This document shows, one piece after another, positions 21,346 through 31,460 of a stretch of 64,000 nt of DNA. Under the pieces are notes generated by a model. It did no database searches and had not been told where the DNA came from. It saw only the letters and a list, made by a program, of their open reading frames with translations. Location: NCBI GenBank assembly GCA_963845065.1, contig CAWJQQ010000002.1:128001-192000 (forward strand), read 5' to 3'. Numbering within the stretch: the stretch's first letter is position 1; every line of letters starts with the position of its first letter. The position numbers and the translations under genes are program-made. The DNA is from Nitrospirota bacterium (GTDB lineage: Bacteria > Nitrospirota > UBA9217).

Positions 21346-22731
21346 TCAATCCTCGGCTTCGATCCCCAGCGACTTGATCTTTCGGTGCAGGTTGCTCCGC
21401 TCCACGCTGATGGCGTCGGCAGTCTTGCTCACGTTCCCACCGTTCTCTTTGAGCTTCTGGGAAATGAACTCGCGCTCAAACTCGGCACGGGCGTCCCTTA
21501 GTGTTGCATTGTCGTGTCGCGTCCGCATGATAGCCGTGCCCTCCTGGAATTTCTGGTCCGCGAGCGACGCATTGATGGGCGGTGGAACGTCACGTGCCGA
21601 GAGCACTGGCCGGGGAACCATGATCATCAGCCGCTCGATACTGTTCCGTAGTTCGCGTACGTTTCCCGGCCATGGATACCGGACAAAGAGCTCAAGGGCA
21701 TCTTCGTCGATGACTTTGGTCTTCTGGCCGTATTCGGCGGAGAACTCGTGCAAAAAATAGCGTACCAGGTGCGGAATATCATCCTGCCGTTCGCGGAGAG
21801 GCGGTACTTCGAGCGGGATCACATTCAGACGATAATAGAGGTCTTCGCGGAAAGAGCCCTTTTTGATTTCCTCTGCGAGCTTCTTGTTCGATGCCGCAAC
21901 CACGCGCACATCGGCCTTGAGCGTTTTGGTGCCGCCCACGCGCTGGAACTCCTGGCCTTCCAGCACCCGCAGCACTTTGGCCTGCGTGGCCATGCTCATG
22001 TCGGCGATCTCGTCGAGAAAAATGGTCCCGCCATGGGCCAGCTCGAACTTCCCCCGCTTCATGCCCGTTGCCCCGGTGAAGGACCCCTTCTCGTGGCCGA
22101 AAAGCTCGCTCTCAATGAGCTCCTGCGGGATGGCAGCGCAGTTCACCTCGACGAATGGACCATTCGCTCGTTTGCTTGCCCGGTGGATGGCGCGGGCAAC
22201 CAGCTCCTTGCCCGTCCCGCTCTCGCCGTGAATAAGAACCCAGCCGTTCGTCGGTCCAGCGAGCGCGATCTGCTGTTTGAGTGTTGTAATCGTGGCACTG
22301 GCACCCACAATTTCGTAGCGCCGCTCGATGCTCTGCTTGAGGGTTGCGTTCTCTTCGCGCAGCCGGGATTCTTCTATCCCGTGCTTCACAACGAGCGTAA
22401 GGTGCTGCAGTTCCGGAGGCTTCACAAGGAAGTCGTAAGCCCCCATCTTCGTCGTCTTGACCGCGATCTCAATGGTCCCGTGGCCGGTGACCATGATAAC
22501 CGGCATTTCTGGCCTGATCTCCTTGAACCGACGGAGCGTTTCGATCCCGTCCAGTTCAGGCATAGTAATATCAAGCAGCGCGAGCGATGGCTGTGTTTCA
22601 GACAGCATGTCGATGCCTTCCTTGCCGGAGGACGCAGCCATTACTTCATAACCTTCGTCGCGCATCACGTCGGCAAGACTTTTGCGCACGCTTTCTTCGT
22701 CGTCGACTATGAGGATGAGTTCATTGGACAC
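21346..22731 (-). CDS. Sigma54-interacting response regulator (NtrX/NtrC family)
   Basis: REC domain, GESGTGKE, GSFTGA, WPGNVREL, Fis-type HTH. Confidence 0.93.
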   Translation of the reverse strand: MSNELILIVDDEESVRKSLADVMRDEGYEVMAASSGKEGIDMLSETQPSLALLDITMPELDGIETLRRFKEIRPEMPVIMVTGHGTIEIAVKTTKMGAYDFLVKPPELQHLTLVVKHGIEESRLREENATLKQSIERRYEIVGASATITTLKQQIALAGPTNGWVLIHGESGTGKELVARAIHRASKRANGPFVEVNCAAIPQELIESELFGHEKGSFTGATGMKRGKFELAHGGTIFLDEIADMSMATQAKVLRVLEGQEFQRVGGTKTLKADVRVVAASNKKLAEEIKKGSFREDLYYRLNVIPLEVPPLRERQDDIPHLVRYFLHEFSAEYGQKTKVIDEDALELFVRYPWPGNVRELRNSIERLMIMVPRPVLSARDVPPPINASLADQKFQEGTAIMRTRHDNATLRDARAEFEREFISQKLKENGGNVSKTADAISVERSNLHRKIKSLGIEAED

Positions 22732-22766
22732 GTTATTCCCCTTGATGCCATCGTCCTTATTCCACG

Positions 22767-23888
22767 TTAACGCTTCAGTCCTTTTACGAGTTTCTCAATC
22801 ACGCAGTCGATCTCAGTTTCCGCAGTCTCCCTGCCTAGGCTGAACCGTATTGCACCGCGGGCGAACGCCAGGTCCGTACCCATTGCTGCAAGTACATGAG
22901 ACGGCTCGATGAGGTCGCCGTGGCAGGCCGCCCCCGGCGACACAGCTACACCGGAAAGGGCCTCCATCACGGACATCGCATCGAATCCGGCGAAACTGAT
23001 GCTCCAGGTATTCGGAAGTTTCTTCTCGGGGTGACCATTAAGCTGTACTATTAAGCCCGCCTGCTTCACTCCGTCGAGCAATCTCCTTCCAAGCTTCAGC
23101 TGGCGTGAACCTTCGCTCTCAATAATCGGCGCTGCAACCATGGCAGCAGCACCGAGGCCGACGATGAAGGCTGCATTTTCGGTCCCGGGCCGCAGACCCC
23201 GTTCATGCCCTGCCCCGTGCAAAAGCGGTTCGATCTTCCGTCCGCTCTTGATGTAAAGGGCACCTATCCCCTTCGGCGCATAGAACTTGTGGCCTGCCAC
23301 AGTCAGAAAATCCACGCCAAGCTCCTCGACCGATAAGGGAACCTTCCCGACGCTCTGTGCTGCATCGGTATGGAACATGACACCGCGTGATGATGCGATC
23401 CGGGCAAGCCCTTTGATGTCCTGGATCGTACCGACTTCATTGTTCGAGTGCATGATCGAGACGAGGCAAGTATTCGGTGTCATGGCTTTCTCGAGATCGG
23501 CAGGGTTAACCATCCCGTATTGGTCCACAGAAAGATAGGTCACGATGTATCCTTGCCTCTCGAGATGGCGGCAGGGTTCGAGCACTGCAGGATGCTCGAT
23601 CTTCGTCGTGATGATATGGCTCCCTTTAGGCGAACCGGCAGCAACCCCCTTGATAACCATATTGTTCGATTCAGTGGCGCCGCTGGTGAAGATGATCTCT
23701 GATGTTTCACAGCCGAGAAGTAGCGCGGTCCATTCCCGCGCCTGTTCGATACCTGCCCTGCAGGCGACTCCGAAGCTGTGGCTGCTCGAAGGATTGCCGA
23801 ACGTGCCCTTCAAATACGGCAGCATTTCCTCCAGCACCTGGGGCGCCACGGGCGTGCTTGCATTATAGTCGAGATAGATGGGAATCAT
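22767..23888 (-). CDS. Cysteine desulfurase (IscS/NifS type)
   Basis: YLDYNAST, GNPSS, TSGATE, HTDAAQ, GHKFYAPKG, PGAACH. Confidence 0.92.
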   Translation of the reverse strand: MIPIYLDYNASTPVAPQVLEEMLPYLKGTFGNPSSSHSFGVACRAGIEQAREWTALLLGCETSEIIFTSGATESNNMVIKGVAAGSPKGSHIITTKIEHPAVLEPCRHLERQGYIVTYLSVDQYGMVNPADLEKAMTPNTCLVSIMHSNNEVGTIQDIKGLARIASSRGVMFHTDAAQSVGKVPLSVEELGVDFLTVAGHKFYAPKGIGALYIKSGRKIEPLLHGAGHERGLRPGTENAAFIVGLGAAAMVAAPIIESEGSRQLKLGRRLLDGVKQAGLIVQLNGHPEKKLPNTWSISFAGFDAMSVMEALSGVAVSPGAACHGDLIEPSHVLAAMGTDLAFARGAIRFSLGRETAETEIDCVIEKLVKGLKR

Positions 23889-23918
23889 TTTTATGCAGGA
23901 TCATCCTGGATGCGACGA

Positions 23919-24468
23919 TTATTTTAAGTACATATCAAATAGGTTCATGACGCCGACGACGGCAGCAGTGAGAAACGAAACAATGGCAAATCCCACCACT
24001 TTCGTGCGCCCCGCGCTCGCGAGACTCATAATGCCCTGATAGAGCGGGCAGATCGCGATTTAAACAATCCAGCCAAGTTTTGGTAAGCGGCAACTTGGCC
24101 AGCGACAAAAAATGGAATAAACGAGTACGCCGCGATCGTAAACCTTTGGAGGCTGCTCCAACGAGATCCAGATGACGTGATAATCGCTATGATCACGAAG
24201 CCAGCCACGACAAAATTCAAAACATACATGCAGTACCAGATCAGTTGGTGAACGCGATATACCCGAAGGACGGCCGGACGACGCCGTTCGATAACGTATG
24301 GCCAAGTATGTATCGGCCCGCAATTGCTGCTGCAGGCGGGGTCGCTGCGAAGATAGCAACATAGCGAAAGAGAATATCCCGGTAGGCAGCCGGTTCGTCC
24401 TTGATCACTTGCCACATAGTCATGGGCTTAAACAGCTTCCCGCCGATGCGGTTCGCTGAAGCCTTCAT
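23919..24468 (-). pseudogene. Frameshifted Yip1-family membrane protein
   Basis: LFKPxxxWxxIKDE start typical of Yip1/DUF1282; hydrophobic continuation split over at least three reading frames. Confidence 0.6.
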
Positions 24469-25400
24469 GTTCCGGTCTTCAGGTCGAACAGCCCCGTGGT
24501 CAAATACCGCTCACCGACGTCGGGAAAGACCGTCACGACCCGCTTGCCTTTGCCGAGCCGAGCTGCGACCCGGAGCGTTGCCCAGCACGCCGCGCCTGAT
24601 GAGATGCCGACGAGCAATCCCTCTTCGCGGGCAAGCCGCCGCGAGGTGTCCGCTGCATCTTCGTTCGAAACCGTGATGACCTCATCGTAAATCTTGGTGT
24701 TCAAAATCGCTGGCACAAAATTCGCGCCGATGCCCTGGATCGTGTGGGGACCGGGCTGCCCGCCAGAGAGCAGCGGTGAGGAAGCTGGCTCGACGGCGAC
24801 GATTTTAATATTTTTGAATTTCTTTCGGAACGCCTCGCCCACGCCGGTGATCGTACCTCCGGTACCAACACCTGCTACGAAGGCGTCGATTTTTTTCGCG
24901 CCCATTTGCGCGAGGATTTCCTTTGCAGTGACCACGCGGTGCACCTGGGAGTTCGCTGGATTCCCAAACTGGTCGGGCTTGAAATATGCCTTGCCGGATG
25001 CAAGAAGCTCATCCGCTTTTGTGGTGGCGCCTTTCATTCCCTGTGCCGCAGGCGTCAGCACCAACTCGGCGCCGTAGGCCTGGAGGAGTTTGCGGCGCTC
25101 GATAGACATCGATTCGGGCATGGTCAGGATAATACGGTAACCTTTGACAGCTGCGACCATGGCAAGCCCGATGCCTGTATTGCCGCTCGTGGGCTCAACG
25201 ATCGTCATGCCTTTTTTGAGCTTTCCTTTTTTCTCCGCATCCTCGATCATGGCGAGGGCTGGCCGGTCCTTCACGCTCCCGCCAGGATTGAATCCCTCCA
25301 GTTTGGCCCAGACTTCAGCGCCGTCTCCGGCCGTCAGCCTGTTGAGTTTCAGCAGCGGCGTGTTACCGATTAGATCCAGTACGGTTTTTATCCTCGCCAT
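24465..25400 (-). CDS. cysK: Cysteine synthase A
   Basis: IGNTPL, NPGGSVKDR, EPTSGNTG, GTGGT, HTIQGIG. Confidence 0.96.
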   Translation of the reverse strand: MARIKTVLDLIGNTPLLKLNRLTAGDGAEVWAKLEGFNPGGSVKDRPALAMIEDAEKKGKLKKGMTIVEPTSGNTGIGLAMVAAVKGYRIILTMPESMSIERRKLLQAYGAELVLTPAAQGMKGATTKADELLASGKAYFKPDQFGNPANSQVHRVVTAKEILAQMGAKKIDAFVAGVGTGGTITGVGEAFRKKFKNIKIVAVEPASSPLLSGGQPGPHTIQGIGANFVPAILNTKIYDEVITVSNEDAADTSRRLAREEGLLVGISSGAACWATLRVAARLGKGKRVVTVFPDVGERYLTTGLFDLKTGT

Positions 25401-25549
25401 GAAAGATCCTTTCTTAGGGGAACATGATGATCTTGCAAAAAACCAATTAAACCACAGGTTCCTGGTGAGAACCTATAAGCCCCGGCTCTTATTCGATCTG
25501 TCTAAACGTCATAGTGATGGATATTGAGCTATTTTGAATGCGTTAGCCA

Positions 25550-26641
25550 TTATTCGGATACGACGTGCAATTTTTCTCTTTCCCTGCCGGGTACCAAGTT
25601 CTGTATTTCTGTCAAGATGTCTTCAACCGCGAGCAGGGCCCCGCCCGGCCTGCCGTAGAAGGCGACCGGCGCCCTGCCGTTCACCGCCAAACGCACGTCT
25701 TCGACCATCTGCCCCAGATTCATCTCTACTACGAGGAAGCGCTCCGCATGCTCGGCGATCTGCGCGATGATCTTTTCCGGAAACGGGAAGAGCGTTATCG
25801 GCCGTATGAGGCCGGCCTTGACTCCTTCAGCCCGAGCAAGGTGAACGGCAGTTTTGGCAATACGCGCGGAGGTGCCGAAGGCTACGAGCACAATGTCGGC
25901 ATCGTCGGCCAGCATCGTCTCGTACATTACTTCACGTTCGGCCATCAGGTCGTACTTGGCCTTCAGTTTATAATTATGTTGCTCCAGCATACCATCCTCG
26001 CCGGGCAGCATGAAGAGCGAACGGATGACCTTTCCCGGCCTGCCCTTGGCCCCGGTCAATGCCCATGGCTTGTCCACCAGGACAGGTTTGATGTCGGGCA
26101 ATAGAACGGGTTCCATCATCTGGCCGAGCACGCCGTCTCCCAGTATCATGACCGGATTACGGTACTCATCTGCTTTGTCGAAGGCCCGGACCGTCAAATC
26201 CACGATCTCCTGGATAGTCGACGGTGCATAGACGAGCAACTTGTAGTCGCCGTGGCCGCCTCCCTTGACGGCCTGGAAATAGTCTGCCTGGGACGGAGAA
26301 ATGTTCCCGAGCCCCGGTCCGCCACGCTGCATGTTCACGATTACCGCTGGCAGCTCCGACGCCGCCATGAAGGAAAGCGCTTCCTGCATGAGGCTTATGC
26401 CCGGGCTCGATGACGAGGTCATGGCTCGATCGCCGACGGCGGCGGCCCCGTAAACCATATTGATCGCTGCGATCTCGCTCTCGGCCTGGATAAACGTGCC
26501 GCCGATTTCCGGCAAACGTTTCGCCATGAATTCGGGGATCTCGTTCTGGGGAGTGATGGGATATCCAAAGTAGCGCTTGCATCCGGCCCTTACTGCGGCT
26601 TCGGCAAGGGCCTCGTTACCGGTGATGAGAACTTTAGGCAT
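25550..26641 (-). CDS. vorB: 2-oxoacid:ferredoxin oxidoreductase alpha subunit (VorB-like)
   Basis: GNEA, GYPITPQNE, QAESEIAA, TSSSSPG, RGGPGLG, GGGHGD, EMNLGQM. Confidence 0.9.
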   Translation of the reverse strand: MPKVLITGNEALAEAAVRAGCKRYFGYPITPQNEIPEFMAKRLPEIGGTFIQAESEIAAINMVYGAAAVGDRAMTSSSSPGISLMQEALSFMAASELPAVIVNMQRGGPGLGNISPSQADYFQAVKGGGHGDYKLLVYAPSTIQEIVDLTVRAFDKADEYRNPVMILGDGVLGQMMEPVLLPDIKPVLVDKPWALTGAKGRPGKVIRSLFMLPGEDGMLEQHNYKLKAKYDLMAEREVMYETMLADDADIVLVAFGTSARIAKTAVHLARAEGVKAGLIRPITLFPFPEKIIAQIAEHAERFLVVEMNLGQMVEDVRLAVNGRAPVAFYGRPGGALLAVEDILTEIQNLVPGREREKLHVVSE

Positions 26642-26759
26642 GTTCGATCCTCAACGAATAAGTTTAGAAATAGGCTCACGAAGCGACACTACTGCTACTC
26701 TTGACGGTAAGTATCTTTTCCCCTGTGCTTCTGTTTCTCCGTGGTGCGTTTTATATTTT

Positions 26760-26966
26760 CTACTTCCATACTTCGATCGCAACATCAGGACACATTTCGG
26801 CACAGAGTGCACAGCCCGTACAGTCGCCTTCTTCACCGCAATACTCCACGGCATAGTACCCGTTTTTATTGAATTGTGTGCCTATCTTCAAAAGTTTTTT
26901 CACACACGCCGTCGTGCAAAGTTCACAGCCTTTGCAATATTCTATATTGATGACGATCTTGCCCAT
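26760..26966 (-). CDS. 2[4Fe-4S] ferredoxin-like delta subunit of 2-oxoacid oxidoreductase
   Basis: CKGCELCTTAC and CTGCALCAEMCP. Confidence 0.92.
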   Translation of the reverse strand: MGKIVINIEYCKGCELCTTACVKKLLKIGTQFNKNGYYAVEYCGEEGDCTGCALCAEMCPDVAIEVWK

Positions 26967-27025
26967 ATCCTTACTCCACCTGTTTCGCTATGCCTTGACT
27001 TGGTGATCCTATTATTGAGTGCCGT

Positions 27026-27240
27026 CTGACCACTCCCCATGTCTAAAGCCAGGGGGTTCTAGCGGCTGTACCGACAGGCTCTCCGGCAACAATACGAACG
27101 TTGTCGGCCTCGACTGTCGTTGATCCGCCTTTAACGGACGAGCAGCTCTGTCTCCGGTTCGTGGTGTTCTCTTGCTTGATACCGAAGCTGGTCGGATGAA
27201 TTCGACCCGTTGCCGCTTGTTGTTGCACTCTCGACACCGC
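27026..27240 (-). ncRNA. Predicted omegaRNA (reRNA) scaffold of the first TnpB
   Basis: Overlaps tnpB 3' end up to the right end; shares GTxTCGAGA, AGCTTCGGT and CCGGAGACAGAGC blocks with the second element; 5' boundary approximate. Confidence 0.7.
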
Positions 27241-28578
27241 CCGTTCCAGGAGCAGGTTTGCACCCGGCCAGGCTTTGGCAGCCTGACGCGTGTCGAGGAC
27301 ATCGTTAGAAACATGCTTTGCAAGGAATGCGGAATAGAGATCACGCTGGGTGCTTACCCCGCAGTTGCAGGCATGCCATCTTTGGGACAATGATTTTTTG
27401 GCTACTGTTCCGCAATGGCATGTCTGGGAAAGCTTTGTGCTCCGGGTAGAAAACTCGGTTACTTTACCGCCAGCGTTTTCGGCTTTGTGGTGAAGCATCG
27501 ACATAAACATCCCCGGAGCTCGTCGCGAAATACTTTTACCATAGAGTTTCTGAAATGCTTTGTACGACAGTTTCTCGGTCTTGATGTCGGTACCGAGAGT
27601 GAGGACTTTGTTCACGAGCTTGCCATGAGACCGTTTTCTGGTTTCAGCAAGGATTCTTTGAAGTTCGGCGAGATTAGCTTTAAGAACACGGTATTGAACA
27701 GAAAAGACCCACTGCTTTTTACCCGTTTTGATGGTTTTGTCTCCGTTGTAGTTGCCCGGGTTGGTAGCACGAAGGCTTCTGGCCATTGTGCGCTGGACGG
27801 TCTTGATACGTTTAAACGGTATCTCGACTTCAGGGCAAAATTCGAGTAGTAACGCATCGGTATCACCAACGATGGCAACTGTCGACGGGCCAATGTCAAG
27901 GCCAACGGTTTCGGTGCCAATCTGGTTCTCACGCTTGATCTTGGCCGTGCCTTTAAGCACAAGTTGGGCAAACCAGCGGGGATTGCCGCGGATAGTTTTC
28001 TTGACCAGACGAACGTACTTGACATCATGGCTAAGTGCATGAGCCTGAACGCCAAACTTGTCTTTCTTGTCGAAGACACAGTTGAGACGAAGGCCAGTCC
28101 ACTCCACATGGTCATCGCACCACCGAATACCAGATTTGTTGTTTTTACCTTCAAGGGACGACATCCAGCCATGGCGCTTGAAACGTGGTTTGCCATGCTT
28201 CCCAAACTCGTAGTCAGCGATGGCGCTATATGCTCGAGATGCTATTTTCTGGGCGGTCAGGCTGTCAATATGCTCACTGATCCAGCAGGAATTGCGGAGG
28301 ATACCGACGTAGTTGTGAAGGTGGTATTCAGTATATTCTGCCTGGGTTCTGGCTGTCTTAAACATCTTGGTGCGAAGCTTGCTTTTCTTCTTCGTGATCG
28401 CCACGAGCCATTTTTCTGATCGCCGCATGGCAGTAAGACGCTTCATCGCTTCACCAAGGCAGGCATTGTACAGATAACGGCCAGCTTCGAGCCGGGCATC
28501 GAGCATTCGATTGTCCTTTGGAGTCGCTACGAGTTGAAACTCGTGGATAAAAGATGGGGTTTTAGGTTTATTCGGCAT
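27043..28578 (-). CDS. tnpB: RNA-guided endonuclease TnpB (511 aa)
   Basis: RuvC-I GLDIG, RuvC-II KTEKL, zinc finger CHCG...CNCG, RuvC-III QRDLYSA. Confidence 0.92.
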   Translation of the reverse strand: MPNKPKTPSFIHEFQLVATPKDNRMLDARLEAGRYLYNACLGEAMKRLTAMRRSEKWLVAITKKKSKLRTKMFKTARTQAEYTEYHLHNYVGILRNSCWISEHIDSLTAQKIASRAYSAIADYEFGKHGKPRFKRHGWMSSLEGKNNKSGIRWCDDHVEWTGLRLNCVFDKKDKFGVQAHALSHDVKYVRLVKKTIRGNPRWFAQLVLKGTAKIKRENQIGTETVGLDIGPSTVAIVGDTDALLLEFCPEVEIPFKRIKTVQRTMARSLRATNPGNYNGDKTIKTGKKQWVFSVQYRVLKANLAELQRILAETRKRSHGKLVNKVLTLGTDIKTEKLSYKAFQKLYGKSISRRAPGMFMSMLHHKAENAGGKVTEFSTRSTKLSQTCHCGTVAKKSLSQRWHACNCGVSTQRDLYSAFLAKHVSNDVLDTRQAAKAWPGANLLLERAVSRVQQQAATGRIHPTSFGIKQENTTNRRQSCSSVKGGSTTVEADNVRIVAGEPVGTAARTPWL

Positions 28579-28758
28579 TGGTCGTTTAAATATACCACAT
28601 AGATGTACATTTGTCTACTAATTGCTGGAAAACAAAGTTCCCGCATTCATCCCCATGGTTAAAACCAGGGGCTTTCTGCGGATAGTTTGGTAAAAGGTCT
28701 CTTATACGAGTTTCACTCATGGTGCTCTGTGCTCGAAACCTTCCTAGGGTTCCGCGCG

Positions 28759-28794
28759 AGAACCCCACATGCTCTAGCGGCGGGAGGGCGTCAA
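28759..28794 (+). mobile_element. Degenerate IS200/IS605 right-end remnant
   Basis: GAACCCCAC...GCGGGAGGGCG-TCAA layout; terminal TCA coincides with the recN stop codon. Confidence 0.5.
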
Positions 28795-30491
28795 GAAGCT
28801 CCCCGTTCGATCATCTCCTCGGCATGCTTGATTGTAGCGTCCGTAATCGTCTTGCCTCCGAGCATACGGGCGATCTCGTCCAAGCGTTCTTTGGCATCGA
28901 GAAGCCGCACCTCAGTAATTGTCCGGTCCTTCTTGACAGCTTTGTACACTCCGTAGTGGCTCGTGGCCATGCTCGCGATCTGCGCCAGATGAGTGATGCA
29001 GAATACCTGATGTTTTGCCGCGATTCGCTTAAGTTTTTTCCCGACTTCCTCTGCGACCGCTCCCCCGATGCCGGCATCGACTTCATCGAACACGAGTGTG
29101 GGAATTTCGTCACCCTCCAGGAGAATTGCCTTGAGCGCCAGCATAATGCGGGAGAGTTCGCCGCCTGATGCGATCTTCGCGAGCGGTTTCGGCTCTTCTC
29201 CGGGGTTCGGCGATATGAGAAATTCCACGCGGTCCGCACCGCGCGATCCCAGCTTGTGGCCGTCGAGCGTATCGCCGCCGGATTCCTGGGTGATCTTCAC
29301 GGAGAAGATCGTCTTTTTCATGCCGAGATGGCCAAGCTGCGTTTCGACTCTTTTTTCGAGGTCTTTCGCCGACGATCCACGCTTCTTTGTCAGTTCCGCC
29401 GATTTATCGGTCAACCCGAACTTGACCGCCTGAATTTCCGACTTCAGACGCTCGATCTCCTCAGTGCTCCGCTCCACGCGCTCTAGTTCAGCGGCAGCCT
29501 TAGCGCCGAAGTCCAGGATCTCTTCGATCGTGCTGCCATATTTTTTCTTCAGTTTCAGGATTACATCAAGCCGGTCGCCGATCTGCTCAAGGTGTTTCGG
29601 ATCGAACTCGATGTTCTCCCGGTAGGAAGATATTTCGCGGGCGGCCTCTTCAAGCTGTGCGCGGCCCGACTCGCACATCTGGGCAGCGCCCGCAAGCCTG
29701 GTGTCTATTTCAGCGAGCTCTTTCAGTCCATCGACAGCCTTTTTCAAGTTGGTAAGCACCGAATCATCGGCTGCATACAACGTATCATCCACCATGGCAG
29801 TGAGCCCGGCCAGCTTCTCCGAATTGGCCAGAACGTTCTGTTCACTCGCAAGCTTTGCGTCCTCGGTTGGCTTGAGCATAGCCGATTCAATCTCGTTTTT
29901 CTGGAACCGGAGCATGTCCTCTCGCTGTGCCCTGTCGCGCTCACCTGTTTCGAGCTCCGCCAGTTCCTTACGTACGCCCTGCAAACAGTGAAATGCGCTT
30001 GCAAAATCCTCGCGGAGGCTGTCGAGCCCGCCGAAGGCGTCCAGCATGTCCATCTGGCGGTCGAGAGACAGGAGCGACTGGTGTTCATGCTGCCCGTGGA
30101 TGTCCACGAGGTTAGTGCCGAGCGCAGATAGAGTCGTGAGATTTGCGAGACTCCCGTTGATATAGACCTTGTTCTTTCCCGACGAGGAGAGTACACGGCG
30201 CACGATCAGGTCTTCACCGGAACTTACTTCGATGCCCTGCTCCTCGAGCAGGGCAACAATCTCCTTCGTGCCGGCGTGGTTCAATTCGAATGCTGCCTCG
30301 ACTACTGCCTCCTGGCAGCCTGTACGGATAAGGTCCGCGCTTGCTCGTTCGCCCAGTGCAAGATTGAGCGCGTCGACAACAATGGACTTGCCTGCTCCTG
30401 TTTCGCCGGTAAAGACGTTCAGCCCCGGCGTGAACTCAACGCGCAGTTGGTCGATGATGGCGAAGTTTTTAATGTTCAGTTCTTTGAGCAT
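28791..30491 (-). CDS. recN: DNA repair protein RecN
   Basis: TGETGAGKS, IHGQH, ASGGELSRIMLALK, FDEVDAGIGG, ITHLAQIA. Confidence 0.98.
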   Translation of the reverse strand: MLKELNIKNFAIIDQLRVEFTPGLNVFTGETGAGKSIVVDALNLALGERASADLIRTGCQEAVVEAAFELNHAGTKEIVALLEEQGIEVSSGEDLIVRRVLSSSGKNKVYINGSLANLTTLSALGTNLVDIHGQHEHQSLLSLDRQMDMLDAFGGLDSLREDFASAFHCLQGVRKELAELETGERDRAQREDMLRFQKNEIESAMLKPTEDAKLASEQNVLANSEKLAGLTAMVDDTLYAADDSVLTNLKKAVDGLKELAEIDTRLAGAAQMCESGRAQLEEAAREISSYRENIEFDPKHLEQIGDRLDVILKLKKKYGSTIEEILDFGAKAAAELERVERSTEEIERLKSEIQAVKFGLTDKSAELTKKRGSSAKDLEKRVETQLGHLGMKKTIFSVKITQESGGDTLDGHKLGSRGADRVEFLISPNPGEEPKPLAKIASGGELSRIMLALKAILLEGDEIPTLVFDEVDAGIGGAVAEEVGKKLKRIAAKHQVFCITHLAQIASMATSHYGVYKAVKKDRTITEVRLLDAKERLDEIARMLGGKTITDATIKHAEEMIERGAS

Positions 30492-30560
30492 GATGAAACA
30501 ACGCGGTCCCAGGTCCTGCGTCCGGGTCAGGGGCAAATCGATAAATTCTCCAGACCCTGT

Positions 30561-31130
30561 CTACTGGACCTTGGCCTCTTTTTTTATCGTCTCTGCTTTC
30601 TTGAGCGCAAAGCGTTCCTGGACCGATGCTCCCGCTCCACCGGCCTTGCGATAATATGCCGCGGCCTGTTCCTTTTTTCCCATGTGCTCACATACTTTAC
30701 CAGCCCAATAGTATGCCGTACTTACCCACATGCCGGATTCCGGATAAAGATCAGGTATTTTCAAAAATTCGGTGATGGCATCTGCATCCTTACCGAGCAG
30801 CAAGGAGCTGAATCCTATCCAGTACTGCGTTGCAGCGCGTTCGACACCTTTCTGGTATTGCAAAGCAGACCGATAATCATGAATTGCGCTTTGATAGTCC
30901 GCGAGTCGGAAATGACAGTCGCCGATCCGCGTGCAGAGGAAGCCCGAAGAAACATTGCTGGTTCGGGAACCGAGTAAGCGCTGATATACAGAAAGAGCTT
31001 CTGTATATCTTGCTTCGGAAAATAATGTGTTCGCTTTCGCAAGCTCACGGGAACCGGCCTGATCTGCCTGCGCAATCGATAGGCCAAATAACAAAAATAT
31101 CACGACACCCAGCAGTAGAGTCTTTTTCAT
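30561..31130 (-). CDS. Exported TPR-repeat protein (CpoB/BamD-like)
   Basis: Signal peptide; TPR motifs RIGDCHF, QYWIG, AYYWAG. Confidence 0.8.
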   Translation of the reverse strand: MKKTLLLGVVIFLLFGLSIAQADQAGSRELAKANTLFSEARYTEALSVYQRLLGSRTSNVSSGFLCTRIGDCHFRLADYQSAIHDYRSALQYQKGVERAATQYWIGFSSLLLGKDADAITEFLKIPDLYPESGMWVSTAYYWAGKVCEHMGKKEQAAAYYRKAGGAGASVQERFALKKAETIKKEAKVQ

Positions 31131-31425
31131 CCTATTCTCCGCAATAAACTGTGTCAAATTTAACACAAAGCACAGGCTGGTTCAAGAATAAAATCTTTTT
31201 CTAATATTATTAATCATCACTCGTTCAAGTTACGTTAAGGCTTGTTTAATATGATATGTCGAAAAACAGAGCATATATGACAAATTTGTCGAATAGCATA
31301 AAACATGGCAAATCAAAGGGTTAAAAAAGCTCAGCGCTGTCACCACTCGACAATATTTTCCGAATTCATATTAGCAATACATCCATTATGGCCATAAAAT
31401 TCTTTAAATACAATATGCTTTGGTT

Positions 31426-31441
31426 TGGCACAAACATTGTA
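31426..31441 (+). promoter_or_regulatory. Candidate sigma54 (-24/-12) promoter
   Basis: TGGCAC-AAACA-TTGTA (GT instead of GC at -12); palindrome TGACAAATTTGTCG ~140 bp upstream. Confidence 0.55.
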
Positions 31442-31460
31442 TTAGAATCCGGCAAAGCAT

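Larger units (their letters stand above)
27026..28689 (-). mobile_element. IS200/IS605-family element carrying tnpB only (IS1341-like)
   Basis: Left end TTTAC|CAAACTATCCGCAGAAAG + hairpin CCCCTGGTTTTAACCATGGGG; right end GAAC + hairpin CCCCTGGCTTTAGACATGGGG ending GGTCAG. Confidence 0.88.

Noticed and set aside
27043..28578. Nuclease-dead TnpB (TldR-like repressor) or IStron
   Set aside because: All three RuvC acidic residues are present in both TnpBs, and the left-end-to-ORF distance is too short for a group I intron core.
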